Source: Entomortierella parvispora E1425
Taxonomy: Eukaryota > Fungi > Mortierellomycota
Direction of reading: 5' to 3'
NCBI GenBank assembly: GCA_020891255.1
Contig: BQFW01000008.1
Coordinates: 2,480,001-2,544,000 of the forward strand
Length of the DNA stretch: 64,000 nt
The notes under the pieces were generated by a model. That model was given only the letters and a program-made list of their open reading frames with translations. It was not told where the DNA came from and did not search any database. Both the position numbers and the translations under genes were made by a program. Below, piece after piece: positions 1 to 14,383 of the stretch (position 1 is the stretch's first letter; every line of letters begins with the position of its first letter).

Positions 1-76
1 CTGATTATTGCTTCTTTGGAGAGTACTGGTGGACAGTCCGTAAGGAGAAGGAAAATCTTCTATTTGGAAAATCGAG

Positions 77-730
77 CTATCCTCGCAAATAATGATCCAG
101 ATCAAACTTCTTGCTGGCCGATATCCGAGCGTCGACACCTCTCAGATGACCAGCATCCATCTCTGCCTTGACGATATGATGTCCTGGAATCATGACCAAT
201 CCTACAAATCTCCTCTCTATGAACAAGGAAAAAAAGGGCACAAATGTGAGCGAGACTCTTAAAAGTCGGAACGAAGACGATGCAATGAAGGATTCTTCTT
301 CATCAGCTGTCACTGTCGTAGCTATTGCTGTTGAAGCCACTTCCATGAACCCGACTGTCCTCCGAATACCCTTTCATCTGTATTTACCTTCTTTCGACTG
401 CCTTTGCCTTGATGAGATCGTCTCGTCCAAACTGAGACTTGTCCCTGGCGTTACTGGAGCTGTTGTTGCTGTGGAAGATTGTGATGGTTCTGAAGCGTTC
501 GCTGCCCTCGGGTTCGTCTTGTGAGGTCGGGATTCATACGCGCCTGCGAGAATGATATTTTTGGAATGATCAATGCACATGAACTGCCCGACAAAGAGTC
601 GTCCATCTGTAATCTCGATCCGCGTGTTTCGATTCAGAAATGAACGTAATTTGGCAACCATGATGGGATCCTCTTCCTCCACGGACGCTGTTGTCGCTGC
701 TGTCGTTGGTAATGCTGGTGATGCTTCCAT
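77..730 (-). CDS. NAA38: LSM/Sm-fold protein, NatC auxiliary subunit (NAA38/MAK31/LSMD1-like); 2 exons (730-388, 216-77)
   Basis: Sm1 motif LRSFLNRNTRIEITDGRLFVGQFMCIDHSKNIILAGAYE and Sm2 motif RFVGLVMIPGHHIVKAE are joined in frame by a GT-AG intron (387-217). Confidence 0.75.
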
Positions 731-1229
731 TGTGAACTTGTCTTCTCTGGGTGAGGGTGTAGAGAAAAAGAGGACGGGGCTTTATTACCTCTGACCAAGG
801 CGGGAAAAAAGTGGCCGTCACTGAACGCCACCAAAATCTTCCATTCAAGTAAGCACCATCTTGCCCCGTTTCCATAGTTGAAGGATGTTTTCTTTTAATG
901 GTGAATAATGCGCTACTATACAAGACCAGAACGGTCTAGTGGATTATTTTTTTTGGAGGGAAAAAAAAGAGGGAAAAGAAACGAATGCTGGAGAGTAAAA
1001 TTACAGGTTTTGTTGTAAAGACAAGGTCCCAATCGATCGCTTCACAACATTGAAGCGCTCTTAGCAAAAAAAAAAAGCGAACATTTGTGAAGACGGGTGC
1101 GAGAACGACAAGTGGGTTGTACAGAGAGAGAAAAATAAAAACACAAGAGTAAAGGAATGGAAGGGGGAAAGGCAAGGAACAATAAATATCCAGCCATGGA
1201 GGGGTGTAAGAACAGTTGGATTTCTTTCC

Positions 1230-3002
1230 TCAGCACATGGCGCGGGATCTAAAGTCCTCACTCTCGACAGCATCCTGCGAAACGGCGCTGGGGCTAACCA
1301 AGTGGTGGACAGGCATGGGCACGTTCAGTCGAGGATTGGGTGCAGAACTGTACATGGCGCCTGTGGAGGCGACCCAGGCCTTCTGAGCAGCTGCAGACGC
1401 TGAGCCGTAACCGTCCGCAGAGTAGGAATGAGACATGCTCATATCCTCTGGGAGAGGAGCATCGTTACCGCCATCAGGCGAAGGGTATTGGTCCTGGTTG
1501 TTGCGAATCGGTCCCTTATACACGGGCATCACCTCGCCTTCATCCAAAGAGGGCTGGTTAGGTAAGGATGGGCGTCTCTTGAATTGCTCTTGAGGCACGG
1601 GCATCTGGATGTGCTGTGTCGTAGACTCGGTCATTCCTTGCCGACTGGACGAACCACGCTTGTTGGAGCTGGGCTGGTTCACAGGCACACCCTGAGGCAT
1701 GTAACTGCTCGTGGGAGAAGGAACGGAAGTGGCCTTTGAGACGGGAGAAGCATAGCGGCTCGAGGTCTCTGTGGAAGCAGCCGAGGCAACGGTCGTGTTG
1801 GGAGCCGAGGCATTAACGGCCGACGCAGCCTGGAGCTGCATGAAATCTTGCAAGCTCGATGCAAGGTCCGACTCTGTGATACGCAAGTCAAAGTCGAGGA
1901 GCGAGAGCAATTGCTTCTCCATCAAGTTGACCTCCCCAACCGAGAACACGGAAGAGTGAGCAGACCAATGCTTGTTCTTGGGAGACTGATCGTTCAAGTA
2001 TTTTGCGGCAACGATGAGTGTGGCCAGGAAGACGCGGTGGCAGGTACAGTGCATGCCTAGAGATGAGCAAGAGAGCGAGTTGCGAAACCCGAGAATGTAA
2101 AAGTGTGAGCGTCACTTTTTCATAATATCGATTCAGACTGAACACGCGATTATGTTTTTCAACAAAAAAACATTGCAATTCCCCCTTAGACCCCCCCCCC
2201 TTGGACCCTCCTATCACCCACGGATAACAACCACAAGGAATCATTGGGCAAAGTTGGCGGCGTAACCAGAATATGAAGATCGATGATCGCATTCCTTGAG
2301 TTAAAAAGAGCGCCTTTGTCTGTGCAACATTCAGGCGGGATGAAAAAGGTTGCAAGACTGGCCATTTTGGCCGATCGATGACTTTAACGACTTTTGTCCT
2401 TTAGTGCGCCAGATCGAGATTGGGGTCACCCGCCTGTCCGCATGCTCAATTGGCTTTACTCTTCGCCATGACACCTTTTACCGTGCCGCCACTGCCCCCA
2501 AACCCTTCAACGCGACCACGAAGAACGTCAAGAGTGAACCATGTTCCATGATGTTGCCGAATGTGGTGCGCCTTTTCTTTTTTTGTTGCCACTTTCAAGA
2601 GCCCCTTCCTCACAACTCTCTTGTATTCTTTCCCTCCGCCCCTTTCTCAGAATGCATTGATGTAGTCATGCACTCATTCAAATTCTGTGCAAGTGCTGAA
2701 CCACTTCACCAGGAAACCGAGAGCCGAAAAAAAAAATCAAAGTGGTCCAAATCATTCCTCAAATGATTTGAGCAAAACATACCTTTGGCAGCCACTGGGA
2801 GCTTGTACTTGAGACGCTCGAGGTAAACCAAAGTTGGTAGTAACGTCGATGATTGCACATTCGAGTTGAGAACCAAGAGCCGAATGAAATCGTTCAGGGG
2901 TGGAACAACAACCATGCTGGGCTCGTTGTTGACGTTGCTGCCGTTCATACGCGAACGGTGTGCCGGTGTGTTGGGTGGAGAGGGCATAGTGTAAGGATCC
3001 AT
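1230..3002 (-). CDS. Pho85-type cyclin (Pcl1/Pcl2 family); 2 exons (3002-2783, 2056-1230)
   Basis: Cyclin box TLVYLERLK...KG|[30 protein letters not shown]...[17 protein letters not shown] spans a 726-nt GT-AG intron; the C-terminus is S/P-rich and disordered. Confidence 0.88.
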
Positions 3003-6000
3003 CACTGGAGGGGGGCTGCACTCAATGACCGTACTTGCGTAGTTGGCAATGTGGTCTGAAGAAAAGAAAAGAAGAGAGCTTGTCAGAAAAAGGAACAATG
3101 CATGTGCTCAAAAAATACTCAACCCTCAAGAGGTACATGCGCAAGCTTTTGCACAATGAAGGACAAGGACCCAGAGAGAAAGAGAGCTTTCAAGCCAAGA
3201 ACTGCGAAGCCAAGCACTGCGTGACCCATCAATCCTATCATGCTTACCGATCATTTGTTGAGTGACGGGGCTGCGAAACAACTTCTCCAGGCTCCTGTTG
3301 GAGTAGGTCTTAGAATCTGTGATGGAGGGCATTGTCTGGTGTGAGGACGTGGTGGGAATTGCGGTAGAGGAGGAATGGTCGCAAGGCTCGAGACGCCAAT
3401 AAGGAAAGCGGTGGAGAGGATGGTGACAGCAAATGGCGTATCAAGAGAGAGACGATAGAAACGGAACAAAAGAAACGAAAAAATTATGGAAAAAAGGGTA
3501 GCGGGCCGTTTTCTTCTGTTCTCAGTTACAGAGCAAGTGTGCAGGAGGATGAGGAACGAAGAGGAAGTCAAATGGACAAGAAAGAGAATAAAAGGCGGGA
3601 GGAACGGAAAGAATTAAAATTCTAGAGGGGGCTGGTCCAAAGGTAGCCGTTGTGAAGTGAAGGAGAGACGGAACAGAGAGAGGAGAGAAAAGAGAAGAGA
3701 AAGGCCGTTGGATGTGGAATAGAACAGAAGACGAAAATGTTTGTTGTGTTTGTTGGCTGACTAGGTCAGTAAAGGAAACCGGTACGATCTGAAGGATGGT
3801 CAAGGAGAGCACGGAAGGATGCAAAAAAAGGGACAGGCGCACAAAAACCAAGTAGAAGCAAGTCTGGAGGCTCTCGGACGGAGGTTTTGAAATGGCGAGG
3901 TGTAACTGAATTGGAGTGAATGGAGGAATGAATGAGCAACGAGGGGGTAGAGAGAAAGGAAAGGAAAACAGCGAGCACGGAAGGAGACGAGAGAAGACAA
4001 GCAACGAAAGTGAGGGAAAAAGAAGAAGGGGGATGAAGACAAAGGGTGTTCCCTTTTTATTTCGGAAGGAATGTTTGTTGAGTTCTGGCCTCTATTCAGT
4101 CCAATTCAATGCAGACTGATGCGCACAGGGCATAGAAACTTTTTGTAAAGCTATGCTTCTTCTGCTGCTTCCGCTGCTTCTGCTACTTCTGCCCTTCTGC
4201 TTCTGATTTCTCGAGAAATGAACTGGACGGGATTCAATAGGGCCCCCTAGAATAAGAAGCCGCCCGGCGACCCTTGATAGAGCGGTGTCTGACTTGAATT
4301 TGCGGTTGGTTTTTTTTTTTTTTTTTTTTTTTTTGAATTCTTTACCCTGCTCGGCCGGTTCGGTCTCGCACAGGAGGACGCTCAGCACAGCACCGGCTGC
4401 AACAAACAAAAGGCGGACACTCAATCCCACCGCCTCGGTCATCTGCATATTCCTCGTTGCTTGACCGTGGAGGACTTTCGGGGTTTCCTTTTTTTTTTTT
4501 TTCATGTCTTTTTCATGCAGCGATCGATTTTCCGAGGTGTTCTTGCCCGCGATGCCATCATTATCATCATCATCAATCATCAATTTGCTGCCTCCGAATT
4601 GGAAGTACGGAGATCTCTTCAACGATATGTGTGTGTGTGTCTTTTCTGTTACATCAAGCACGTAACTGAACAGAACAGAAGGCACCCACGTTGCACCCCA
4701 GGGGGATAGATGATAGAAGGGATAGAAGGTACCAGTTGATCTCTGATTTGCTTCTCACGCAGTTCAGCCAGGGAATGACCAAGCATGAATTTTGAGGGTG
4801 TTCTTTCCCTTCAATTCTCAAACATCTCTACAATACGAGAACGAGAATATCCCTATCGCCGTTTTTTGGGTTGTTGGGCAAATCCTCCTCGCCTCCTCGT
4901 TCGCAGTACCGTCAAGCCACTCGACGTGGGACCGTCCTGGCAACGCAGATCGACGCCTATAGGCCACATGTGGGGCCAGACTGACACATAGCCGTGATAT
5001 GTACAAACAACAGTCCAAATCGGCGATGGCTCTCTAAGACATTTGTTTGCTCCTCGTCCGTCCATATCGGTGCAAATGGCCCAGGCGAACGACATGCACC
5101 CACCTATCGCAAGAGAGGTACTTATCGTCGAGTCGGCAGCAAAGTATGTAAGCATCTCCCGCGCAAGTTCATAAAGTGTTCTTGCATTCTACGCCACCAA
5201 AATAAACAAGAATACATGTACAATGGACAGCAGCAACCCCAGAAGCAACAGAAGTAACCAAAAAAAAAAACTTGCGCATAGAAAGCAAAACCCGCGATGC
5301 ATGCCAGTTATGCTGTGCATCGCATCCGAGAGCATTACCGTTAAGACAAACGCTCCGTGCGCTGCACAGTGGAAAAAAGAGTAGGGCCATGTCACCTTGC
5401 ATCAACCTTCTGACTGCTCCCCGCACCGGTATATTCTCCTCTTTCCTGTTCCCTTTCCTTTCCCCGCCGCTGTAAGGTTAGAGACAGAAACAGCCATGCC
5501 ACCCTGAACCTTGCTCTCTGGCTCCATGCTTTGTTTTGACTTTGGCTGTGGTCTGACCCTTCCCTGGTTGCTTATGTCTTTTATTCGTTTGGGGTTCTAC
5601 TGCCTGGCTTGGACTGTCGAGTTGTCCAAAAGGGGATAAGAACAGCTCAGGCCCTTATTTGGGACAGACAGGTTTGCCAAAGAAAAGGCCCTGCCTTGCC
5701 TCCGCCGTTTGGTGGTCCAACCCGCACCCCTCCCCCTCCCACTCCCCAACTTGTCTTGAACCATCTTTCATTGTTTTGTTTTTGTTTTTGTTTTGTTATC
5801 ATCGAGCGATCCTACGCCTGTCCAGCGGGTGCGTGCAGGACCTCATTACTCTGACACGACCATCTCTCCTGGGCACCAACCACCATCAATCTTGACTTTA
5901 ATGGCTCCAAGTGTCAGTCAATTGAATGAGAGGGGGTTTTTTTTCCTCAAATGACTGCCGCTGTGTCCACTGCGCCAAACCATTGAAGGCTAAAAAAAAA

Positions 6001-6781
6001 AAAAAAAAAAAACTGCAGTTCAAGGTTGGCTCGATTTTGCTGACGAAATCCCTGTTTTCATATCTCGTTTGAATACTTTAAAGTTGACCCCGGGGTCGCT
6101 TTTGGTAAGAGGGGAGCAAGGTCCAGGTACTTCACCCCATGATTGTGTCTTGCTAGTTGTTCTTTTTGGAACAGGGTAGGTCCCGACTTTTCCAAGGAGA
6201 TTAGTGTAAGGGAAGAGAACCTTTCTCTTTGGACCTCATCCATGCATTTGATTGGTACTATGGACCTGTCTCACAGTCATTTGTGCAATTGACACCCCGT
6301 ATCCATATTGATGACCGCCTTTACCATACATTCGTCTTCCAGGCCGGGACTTGCATGAAGGAAAATAATCGTGCCTTTGGGACAAAAGCCATCATGACGA
6401 GAATCAAAACAAATCCCAGACCGTTGACAAAAACATGGTTCAAGCAATTGGCACCCTTGCACTGTCCCGGGAAGACAATCGCATGGATTCATCCCACCAC
6501 GTTCCTTTCCTGAAGTACGCCAGATCCAACTACGGCTTCTAGATAAGGCAACTGTGTCGCGATGGTTACGACATTACTAGGAAAAATTTAGAGAGCATCC
6601 GCATGCAAAAATGACCTCACATCGATCACGTGAGTCCGTGCTTTTTTTTGCGTTCTTTGCATGCAAAGAACGCAATGCCTTCCTCATTATAGGAATCCTT
6701 CTTCTTCTCCATTCCCCATACTATTTGTGTCTACGCATTGCTATTGACATCAACTATTATACTCCCCCTTTATTTACTTGC

Positions 6782-8671
6782 ATGAATTCGACTCGGCAAT
6801 CAACACTGTCCGCCGTCCGATCCTCACCCTCCACAAAGACACGCGTTACTGACGGCAACGGTTCCTTAGCCAGCATGTCCGATTCCGACTCTGAGGTGCC
6901 TCTGGAGCGCTCTATCTCTGCTCCAGACCCAGAGGAACACACCTATGAGGACGCACACGCGTCCGACCCCGCCATCCTCTCCGAGCCTGGCAGTCCTTCG
7001 CTCGGTCCCGGTCTGGTGCCCAACATCTTGACGCAGCTCTCGTTCAGTCTGGACTCTTTTATCTCTCAAAATCTGGAGGAAGAACTCACAGAGTTGCCCG
7101 TCCTCGCCAATCAGCTGTACAACAATCTGCTCCAGGATATAACAAAGACCAAACACCAGCTTCGTCATCATGTCGGTTCAACAAAACGACAGATTAGGCA
7201 CCAGGTCGACAGCACGGCCAACAACTTGAAGTCCCAGATTGACACGTCGATGCTGATCTGGAAACAAAACATGAAGAAGGCGAGCGTCGTGCGGTTCATT
7301 GACAAGATTGCATTCACTCTGGGGATGTTTGAGTGTTGTTGCACCCCCTGGTTGGTCGCTCAATACCCAGAATGGATCCCATTTGTACATACATTGCAGA
7401 CCGTGGTTTTGATTGCGGTGCGCTACTTCATTTACAAGAAGAAGAGCTTTCATTATTTTTTGCTCGACATGTGTTATTTTGTAAGTTCTCTTTTTTTTTA
7501 TCTCAATGTCTTGCCTTTGCTTGCCTGATCTCGAAAGTTATGTGCGCACCGATGGCTGATAGCAACTTGTCTTTGGACATGACGATCACATGAAGCTCAT
7601 TGCCGTTTCTTTTTTTGTTTCTTTTTCTGTTTGCGCTTGTCGTCACAGGTCAACGTCGCCATCATCCTTTACCTGTACGTTTTCCCTCAGTCAGAGTCGC
7701 TTCTTGGAGCAGTGTGGCTGCTCTCTCATGGGCCCCTCGCTTTCGCCATCATCACCTGGCGCAACAGTTTGGTCCTGCACAGGTAAAGTGTTCTGCTGAC
7801 AACCCACGTTGTCGTTGATTCAGCGATGATAAGCAAACCCAGTGCAAGGATCGAATCTCGTTCACTAACAGCAAAAAGGGGGTGTTCCTGAAAAAACACG
7901 ATAGCTTGGACAAAGTCACCAGTGTCTTTATTCATATCTCGCCGTGTATCGCGCTGTACACTGTTCGCTGGCTGTACCCAGATCCAGACCATACTCGTTT
8001 CCCGTCCCTCAAGACACTGGACACCCTTCCTACAACCCAATCCCTTGCAGCTGCCATTGGCTTGTACCTCACCTGGCAGGTGCTTTATTATGTCCTGGTC
8101 GTTGTAAGGCAAAAGGAAAAGATCAAGGCAGGAAAACGAGTTACCAGCTACACCTGGCTCTTGAACGATGACAAGGGCGGAACCATTTCCAAGGTGGCCC
8201 ACACGTTCGGAGAGAAGTACAGCATTGTGACTTTTATGGGCATGCAATTGCTCTACACTGTAAGAATCCACAACTTGATACCTTGACCATTTTGCGTAAC
8301 AATGGATTCTGCAGTACTAATGGCCTCTCGATAACTTTTTCATAATTTCAAAGTTTTTGACATGTCTCTTCGCCCTCGTGGTGTACCGCAGCTTCAAGTT
8401 GAACACTGTGTTCTTGGTGACCTTGTTCCTAGTCAGCGTCTGGAATGGAGCCAGTTATTACATGGAGGTCTTTAGCAAGCAATACGAACAACAGCTCAAC
8501 AAACTCGCAGCTGAAGTCACCAACGCCGTTGCAGCCAATCAGATTGCGCACGACCAAGCAGAACATCGTCAAGAGAATCAACAGGGCGAGCACCTGGAGC
8601 AGCTCAAGGAAGAGCTCAAGGAGGAGCAGGAACCCACGCCCAAGAGTGTGAGCGACAAAAAGACGGATTGA
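6782..8671 (+). CDS. GPC1: Glycerophosphocholine acyltransferase (DUF2838 family, Gpc1-like); 4 exons
   Basis: DKIAFTLG...RYFIYKKKSFHYFLLDMCYF|VN, WRNSLVLH|SLDKVTSVFIHISP and RVTSYTWLL motifs; multiple TM segments; GT-AG introns 7481-7648, 7783-7904, 8260-8353. Confidence 0.85.
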
Positions 8672-8871
8672 TGAGTTTTGTGCACAGGGCGGCATGCATG
8701 GCGCACCGGTTGTGCACCGACAAGATAACAAATGAAAAAAATAAAAAAAAGAGACGTCACTGCTGGGAGGGTTCCTTGGCGCCAAAGAATGCAAGAAAAG
8801 AAGGGCTTTCGGTCTTGCTCTGCAACATTCATTCCCCTTTCCTCACCACCCAACCAACCGTCATCATCATC

Positions 8872-10523
8872 ATGGACCAATTCAAGGCTTTCTCGCAGCA
8901 GCTCAATCCCCTTGCCGCCAAGCTCGGCAAGCAGTTCGGCCAGGTCAAGCAGGTAACGTCCCGTATGCCCGCTGCAGAGGACATAGGGTCTTTCCTTCCT
9001 GCGCGCTGTATCTCCCACGCGCGCGTTCCGGTGCCAGGGAGAGTCTGGGACTCTTCAGGAGACGCGTCGATGTGTCCATCTCCAACAGCGCCATCTCATC
9101 TGTTCTCTGGAACCAAGGTGGACATCTGGTTCTCGCCATCGACTGCTACGCCCTTTGAGCAGGGAATGGCCAAGCGGATATTGCACGCCATAATAGAATA
9201 TCGAAAAAGCAACCATGGAGTCATTCAGACAGCCGCAACCATCACTCTCGACATCACCAACCAAAGTGTCATCATCTCGTCTTCATTTGACTGCAGCAGA
9301 TAAACGATACTCAATCTGCTGCAAGCAGAAGAACAGGAAATGGACACAACGCACAACAAAGCAGCAGCTACAGCCCGGGGAGCAACAGTCAACAGAATGA
9401 TTGCAATGAAACGTACTAACAACCCTCATTTCCTGTATTATGGACTTCATTCCTCCCAATAGTTTGCTCAGGAGAAGATGGGCACTGCCGAGGACATTAC
9501 CGAGCTGCCCCAGGAGTACAAGGACTTGGAGAAGGCATGTTGTGTTGATGAATCTGTCTTTTCAGGCATGGAGGCAGCACCCTTTTTTCATGGACGCTCA
9601 TACTCTTCCTCTTCCCCCTAACTCCTGACTTTTTTTTTTCTTTCTTGTCTTTTTCCTTCCTTTGGACCCTATCAGCGCGTTGATGCCCTCCGCAACATGC
9701 ACAATGGTCTCCTCCGTGTCACCCGCACTTACCAAACCTCGACCTACGACTACCCAGCTCAGCTTCAGGAGACTTTGGGCGAGTTTGGACGCACTGTCAC
9801 GGACAGGATCCAACAGGTTGCTCTTTCCCCTGCCGAGAAGGCTGCTTCCGAGGCCGCCGCATTGGAGGAGCGCAAGGAGGCTGCACCACCCAAGACCTTG
9901 GCCCATGCCTTGTCGCGCGCCAGTTTCCAGGGATCTGAGCAGTTGGGATTGGAGGAGCCTATGGGTTCAGCCCTTTTCAAGTTTGCCACTGTTCAGGAAA
10001 AGATTGGTGATTTCCGCATGAAGATGGACAACGAGATCGCGACCAAGTTTGTGCAACCTTTCAACACGACCTTGAACACCCAGATTGGCTTTGCGATGAA
10101 GGCACGCAAGAATGTTCAGAATGCCCGTTTGTCCTTGGACTCAGCGAAGGCTCAGTATAAGACTGCCCGCCCTGAGCGTTCAGAGGCTAGCAGAGTTGAG
10201 GTTGAGCAGGCTGAGGATCTGTTTGTGGCTGCTGTGGAGGAGGCCACGACGTTGATGAAGACCGTTCTTGATAACGTGAGTGTTCTTTCTCTCATATCTG
10301 TTTGTTTGTTTGTTTGGTTTTCTGAAGAATGGACTGATGTTAACTCTGGTTCTCTTTTATCGTTTGTCCATAGCCTGAGCCTCTTCGTAACTTGGCCGAT
10401 TTGGTTGCTGCCCAGCTCGCTTTCTACAAGGAGGCACAAGAGATTTTGTCCGATGTTGCCCCAGAGATTGACGAGCTCTCCGTTACCCAGGAAGCCCTCT
10501 ACCGTAACAGCCGCAGCGAATAG
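8872..10523 (+). CDS. GVP36: BAR-domain protein (Gvp36-like); 4 exons, second intron GC-AG
   Basis: QFAQEKMGTAEDITELPQEYKDLEK|RVDAL, YDYP, PPKTLAHALSRAS and KARKNVQNARLSLDSAK motifs; introns 8953-9462 and 9535-9675 (GC-AG), plus a third at about 10276-10372. Confidence 0.8.
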
Positions 10524-10732
10524 AGGAAATATATTCGCTAGGTCAAGGAAAGATGAAAGAGTACTAGTTTTTTTTATCACACTCCTCTCTATTGCAAAGA
10601 TAGGATACCACTCCCCACCCGCCCATCTTTGAAAACATACCAAACAAACTAAATATTGTCATTTGAAAAGCAACCGGGGAGATTTTGATATATTCTAATA
10701 ATGCTATGCTAAAGAAGGGGAGGAAGTGGTGT

Positions 10733-13446
10733 TTAAATGTACACATCCTTGAGGACATCTTCCTTCCGAAGTCGAGCCACCTCTTCCAGCGGCCTGTTTC
10801 CATGGACTCTTTTTCCAATGACCAAAGTACCTGTGCCTTCTTCTTCTTCGACCAGGTCTGCCAGTTCGACAATATGACTCAACAGCACCCAACCGTCTCC
10901 ATCCACATCCAGCTTCTTGACAATGTGCTTGATATTTTCTTCGTCTGGTGCGTGCTTGATGATCTTGAGGGCGGCTTCGATATCTTCGACAGTCAATTCT
11001 CCACGTTCGTTGGCCTCAAAGGCCTGAAGTCGGTTCCCGACATCCTCATCAAAGGCCTTGATCTCTTGATCCAGTCTGGCAATCATCTTTTCAAGTCGGA
11101 CACCGAGTCGTTTAGAGACCTTGTGCTCCTTTCGTTGCACTTGAGCCAGCTCCTCGATGTCCTATTTTGTGTGGCAAGACAAGAGAGAGAAGGGGATGGA
11201 GAGTGCGCATATGAGTCAATAACCAGTTGAATGGGACACCCTTTGCATTCGTTTTTTCGGTGCCACTGAAGACTTACTTCCTTGTATCGTGTTCGGTTTT
11301 CTTTGAGCTCTTCCAGTTCCTCTCTTTCTTCCAAAACTGCAGATCGGGAGGACATGATCGACAGCGCCTCTCTCAATTCTAGCAATTGCTCCTCCGTCAT
11401 GCGGGCCTTGTCCTCGTCATCTTCAATACTCCTGACTGTCGAAACCTCGGTCGAAGTTGCATCAGCTTTGGCGGCGGGAACCAACCCCTCGACTGCACCT
11501 TGCTTACCTGTCACGACCTTCGCCAAAGGTGCAGGAGGAGGAGAAGACGGGGCCAAGATTGTCGTGGGTGCACTGCCGACCGACACTGGCTCTCGGGAGC
11601 CATCCGAAGGTGCGATGGAAGGCAACGGAGCCTCTCCTTTGGACCCAAAAATCGCTGCTGTGGTGGGTGATGGGGGTAAGGAGCCATCGATGGTCAGGGT
11701 TGACAATGACTCTGCTTCCTTCTTGACCCTAGCCTCTTCCCGTCTTTGTTTTCTATCGTGCTCCACTCGAAGTTCTTGCGCCTTTTCGTCCGCAATCAAC
11801 TCTTCTTGTCGTTTCAAAGCCTCTAATTTCTGTTCTGCCGTCGCAGCTCCCTCCATCTCCGAGACATGGAACTCGGTTTCTGTCAAAAGTGCATCTGGCA
11901 AAGACGAGAGTGTTGCCTGTAGAGCCTCTGCAGAGGTGGGGCGGGGAGATGAGGACGGTGAAGTCGAGGTCGCTGAGGACGCTGTGGCTCCCGCCGCCGC
12001 CGCCGCAGAGGCAGAAGACGAGGGAGAGGCTGGAGGTTGAAGGATACCATCCGAAAAGATAAAGGCGCGCGAGAGGATCAAGAGCGAGGACGGGATGGAC
12101 TGAGTCACATGCAAAACCAACCATTGAGACAGCTCGCTCCTCAATCGAGCTGGGGAGGCGCTGTTGGTCGGGATGCCTCGAGACTGACAGGCCGCCTGGA
12201 GCTCATAAGGCGTCAAAGAATCAACGCCCTCCAACAGAATGAGTTGATCGTCCTTTTTGATCGACTGCATCTGGTTCCGGATCTGATATCTCAAGAATGT
12301 GTCTGTCCCGAACGCGTTCAAGTTCATGTACCGGGTCATACAGACCAATTGCGGCCGGGACATGTTCTCGAGCGTCAATTGATCCGGGAACAGCTTTGCC
12401 ATCTTGATCAGTTCCTCGGTCGAGGCCTGTTCGCCCGTGGTCCGGATCCGGCGAAAGAACTCTCCGAATTCCTTGACGGCCGGAGCGCGTTCGGACCCTG
12501 GGATCCCAGACTCTTCAATGGTTTCTTGCAAGAATTTGGCCATCTCCAAGCGCATCTTGAGGAGCTTGCGCTTTTTTTCTTCTTCTGCAAAACTGTCTTC
12601 GAAGGTGGAAGGAAGCATGTTGGGAAAGAGTTTGAGCGCGACGGGGAGGAGGAATTCCATGAAGGGGACAATGATAAAGACGGAGAAGGGGATCAATCGT
12701 AACAAGTCTCCAGTAGTCCGCCGTAACTATGATTCACAGGTTTTTGAGAATAAAAAAAAAAGAAAAAAGAAACAGAGGTCAAAAGACATTTGCCAAGATG
12801 CCTCGTCGCAAACCCAATGGTTGTTATTTAAAAAAAGAGTAGGACCAAGAAAGAAAAAAAATACCTGTCGCTGTTCTCGTCGGGTCAACTTGCTACCATG
12901 CAAGACGCGGTTGGCCAACTTTGTCGAGATCTTGATCTCCTTTCCCAAGAGCTTGGTTCCATGCCAATAATGAATCATCTCCTTCTTGAACCGTTCCCAT
13001 AAGGATTTCTTTGTAGGGACATCTATACCCATCGTTGTAGACACTGTGTGGGCAGCTGCTGCTGCCTTGGCCTGTGCTTTGGCCATCTCGGCCGAACGCG
13101 ACGCCAATGTCTCTTTTTCAATGGAAGCCACCTTCAAAGCCAAGGGTGGAGGTGGAGGTGGGGGTTCGCGTAGCAATCGGCCCATTGTCAGGGAATTAGG
13201 TGATCGCTTAGGAGGAAAGATGGAAAACGAATGAAAGGAAAAAGTCCTATTGTTAACATGTCGAAGATTGTTGATCAGAGTCGAGGCTGAGATGACGGTA
13301 GTGGTGGTGAAGGAAGAAGCGGCCAGTGTGGTAGTAGGCCGATGACTTTGAGCAAGGAAAGGGCAGATCTGAGTCTTGATGGGTCGGTAGTAGGGTGTAG
13401 TAATGTGCATCCGCACAGCCACCGACACGGACGAAGAACGCGCCAT
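10733..13446 (-). CDS. MDM38: Mitochondrial inner-membrane LETM1/Mdm38 protein
   Basis: Presequence-like N-terminus; KKEMIHYWHGTKLLGKEIKIS, LRRTTGDLLRLIPFSVFIIVPFMEFLLPVALKLFPNMLPSTF and ELQAACQSRG motifs; C-terminal coiled coil and EF-hand-like LDVDGDG. Confidence 0.92.
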
Positions 13447-13954
13447 CCCTGTTTTGGAAAAAAATGAAAAATTAGCTAGTTAGGGCAAGAAAAACAGAGT
13501 GCGAATGACTGTCCACTGCATGTCTTGAGACCTGGAGAAGAGGATCCGTTGGGGACGCTGTCCCTGGCGAGGGGCCGAAGGAGGTGGTACATCATCGCCT
13601 ATGAAATAGGGAGAGAGGGAAGGAGCGAAAAGAGACAGAAGAGGTGATCTGGTCTTGTAGGGTGGAGTCAATTGCAGAGGTGTATGCAGAAAAAGAAACA
13701 GAAAGAGGGCAAAAGTGGCCCTTTTAGAGAGCGGGCGCGGCTGAATGTTGTGCTTGCCTCTGCCTGTCCAGCTGGTCCCGATCTCAATGTAAAAGCCGTT
13801 GAGAAAACTTCTTTCCTCTGGTCGCTCTCAGGAAGACAAGGAATCCAAATCCAGATGAGTCACGTGCAATACTCCGACACACACAAAATAGAAAAGTTGT
13901 TTTTTCCCTATTTTCTTTTTTCTCCTCACCCCACTCTACTCTCATTTATCAATC

Positions 13955-14383
<429 letters not shown>

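Noticed and set aside
2057-2782. 726-nt cyclin intron containing a 138-aa antisense ORF (2350-2766)
   Set aside because: No protein motif, no snoRNA boxes and no terminal repeats that I can support; only the length is unusual.
6058-6513. Compositionally coding-like stretch with 61-94-aa ORFs upstream of GPC1
   Set aside because: No frame gives a recognisable domain; a degenerate gene cannot be excluded without BLASTx.
9292-9325. 10-bp-stem hairpin (TGCAGCAGAT/ATCTGCTGCA) in GVP36 intron 1
   Set aside because: A single short stem with no C/D or H/ACA context; within chance expectation.
11282-12702. Long plus-strand ORFs (252 aa and 221 aa) opposite MDM38
   Set aside because: Antisense shadows of a GC-rich coding strand, with no recognisable motifs. 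The same applies to 24442-25260, 48350-49084, 52876-53487 and 63367-63969.
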